Source: an uncultured Clostridium sp. (GTDB taxonomy: Bacteria > Bacillota_I > Bacilli_A > RF39 > UBA660). From it: a DNA stretch of 64,000 nt. Below, piece by piece: positions 63,114 through 64,000 of this stretch. The DNA is taken from assembly GCA_946402315.1 (NCBI GenBank), contig CAMIWC010000004.1, forward strand, positions 17,509-81,508, given 5' to 3'. Below the pieces are notes generated by a model that was not told the DNA's origin, made no database searches, and was given only the letters and a program-made list of their open reading frames with translations. Every line of letters starts with the position of its first letter. The first letter of the stretch is position 1. The position numbers were made by a program, and so were the translations under genes.

Positions 63114-63962
63114 ATGTTAGAAATATTTTTAGATACTTTATTAGATGCATTAAAAATATTTCCGTTTATCTTTTTAGCTTTTTGTTTAATAGAATTATTT
63201 GAACATAAATTTTCAAAAAAAAGTAAAAAGATAATGGAAAAAAGCAAGAAGGTAGGACCACTTATTGGTAGTAGTTTGGGTTTAATACCTCAATGTGGTT
63301 TTTCTGTATTTGCGACTGATTTATATATAACTAGAATTATATCTTTAGGTACTTTAATATCTATATATCTAACTACTTCTGATGAAATGTTAGTTATTAT
63401 GCTTTCTAGAAAAGTAGATATATCTATAATATTAAGAGTTTTATTAATTAAATTTGTAATTGGTATTATTTGTGGTTTTATAATAGATGCCATTCTTAGA
63501 AAAAGAAAAAAGAAACTTGATAAAGTTAATTATTCTATTTGTGATGATGAGAATTGTCATTGTGATGAAGAAGGAGTATTAGTAGCGTCTTTTAAACATA
63601 CATTAAAAATATTATTATTTATCTTTTTAGTAACATTTGTTATTAATATTCTTTTAGAGTATAAAGGAAATGAATTTATATCTAAATTATTCTTAAAAGA
63701 TAATGTACTAAGTCCATTTATATCATCAATAGTTGGATTAATTCCTAGTTGTGGATCTAGTGTTATCTTAACAGAACTATACATTGAAAACGCCATTAGT
63801 TTTTCTAGTATGGTAGCTGGTTTACTTACTAATAGTGGGGTAGCTATAATAGTGCTATTTAAAAGCAATAAGAATGTTAAAGAGAATTTTAAAATATTAG
63901 GATTATTATATTTAATTGGAGTAGTTTCTGGTATTACTTTACACTTTATTTGCAATCTTTAA
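63114..63962 (+). CDS. Permease of the family annotated 'putative manganese transporter' (ArsP_2-like), with two internal repeats
   Basis: The motif is duplicated: LIPQCGFSV in the first half and LIPSCGSSV in the second. A Cys/His-rich cytoplasmic loop is present (CDDENCHCDEE). The family call is from memory. Confidence 0.55.
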   Translation: MLEIFLDTLLDALKIFPFIFLAFCLIELFEHKFSKKSKKIMEKSKKVGPLIGSSLGLIPQCGFSVFATDLYITRIISLGTLISIYLTTSDEMLVIMLSRKVDISIILRVLLIKFVIGIICGFIIDAILRKRKKKLDKVNYSICDDENCHCDEEGVLVASFKHTLKILLFIFLVTFVINILLEYKGNEFISKLFLKDNVLSPFISSIVGLIPSCGSSVILTELYIENAISFSSMVAGLLTNSGVAIIVLFKSNKNVKENFKILGLLYLIGVVSGITLHFICNL

Positions 63963-64000
63963 ATTATAATATTATAATTAAATTAGGTGATTAAAATGAA

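Noticed and set aside
1-64000. Possibility of a Mollicutes-type genetic code (TGA = Trp), given the very low GC and the Mycoplasma-like DUF285 repeats.
   Set aside because: Several well-conserved genes terminate at TGA at the expected length (e.g. 9066-9068 and 11999-12001). Trp in conserved motifs is encoded by TGG. The presence of peptidoglycan hydrolases, teichoic-acid genes and a PAP2 undecaprenyl phosphatase also argues for a walled organism.

Overview
This is a very AT-rich Firmicute-type (low-GC Bacillota) chromosomal segment. It uses the standard bacterial code: TGA serves as a stop (e.g. 9066-9068, 11999-12001) and Trp is TGG. Nearly all genes are on the + strand, with strong AGGTGAT-like Shine-Dalgarno sites about 6-8 nt upstream of the start. 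My guess at lineage is a wall-bearing Erysipelotrichia-like organism; that is inference only.

Contents by region:
- 1-11.3 kb: a wall-teichoic-acid-type cluster with tarI/tarJ (CDP-ribitol), four TagF-type phosphotransferase domains, two GT2 enzymes, and an MBOAT + DHHW O-acyltransferase pair.
- 11.4-23 kb: housekeeping and envelope genes, including an MBL hydrolase, a stand-alone GlmU-C-terminal-like acetyltransferase, pdp, a Nudix protein, an asymmetric heterodimeric ABC exporter, an RDD protein, a phosphodiester glycosidase and a 757-aa polytopic membrane protein.
- 24.5-29 kb: scpA-scpB, a membrane-anchored cysteine-peptidase/lipoprotein pair, and yceD-rpmF.
- 29-35.3 kb: a translationally coupled operon of unknown function (982-aa protein, a 66-aa protein, an MBL hydrolase and a small membrane protein), followed by two tandem pilin-like genes.
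- 35.3-39.4 kb: (short) rimP-nusA-ylxR-infB-rbfA.
- 39.5-40.4 kb: a candidate 6S-like ncRNA, then lexA with two SOS-box-like palindromes in its promoter.
- 42-46.6 kb: a Xer-family recombinase, then two more pilin-like genes whose C-termini are DUF285/BspA-type ~26-30-residue repeats.
- 49.4-56.7 kb: T-box-controlled ileS and T-box-controlled DUF1653-serS, with a DnaB/DnaD-like protein and an AIM24-like protein between them.
- 56.7-64 kb: envelope genes, including a second lipoprotein + membrane-anchored hydrolase pair (CHAP domain), PrsW, a PAP2 phosphatase and a permease.

The most unusual content:
- A four-member family of proteins carries a canonical prepilin G|FTLIE motif behind 34-58-aa, roughly 45% lysine leaders. 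Their C-terminal modules are swappable, and no pilus assembly genes occur in the window.
- Two paralogous 'two-TM anchor + coiled coil + interchangeable peptidoglycan-hydrolase domain' genes are each paired with a doubly anchored lipoprotein.

No rRNA, tRNA, CRISPR array, transposase or prophage was seen.
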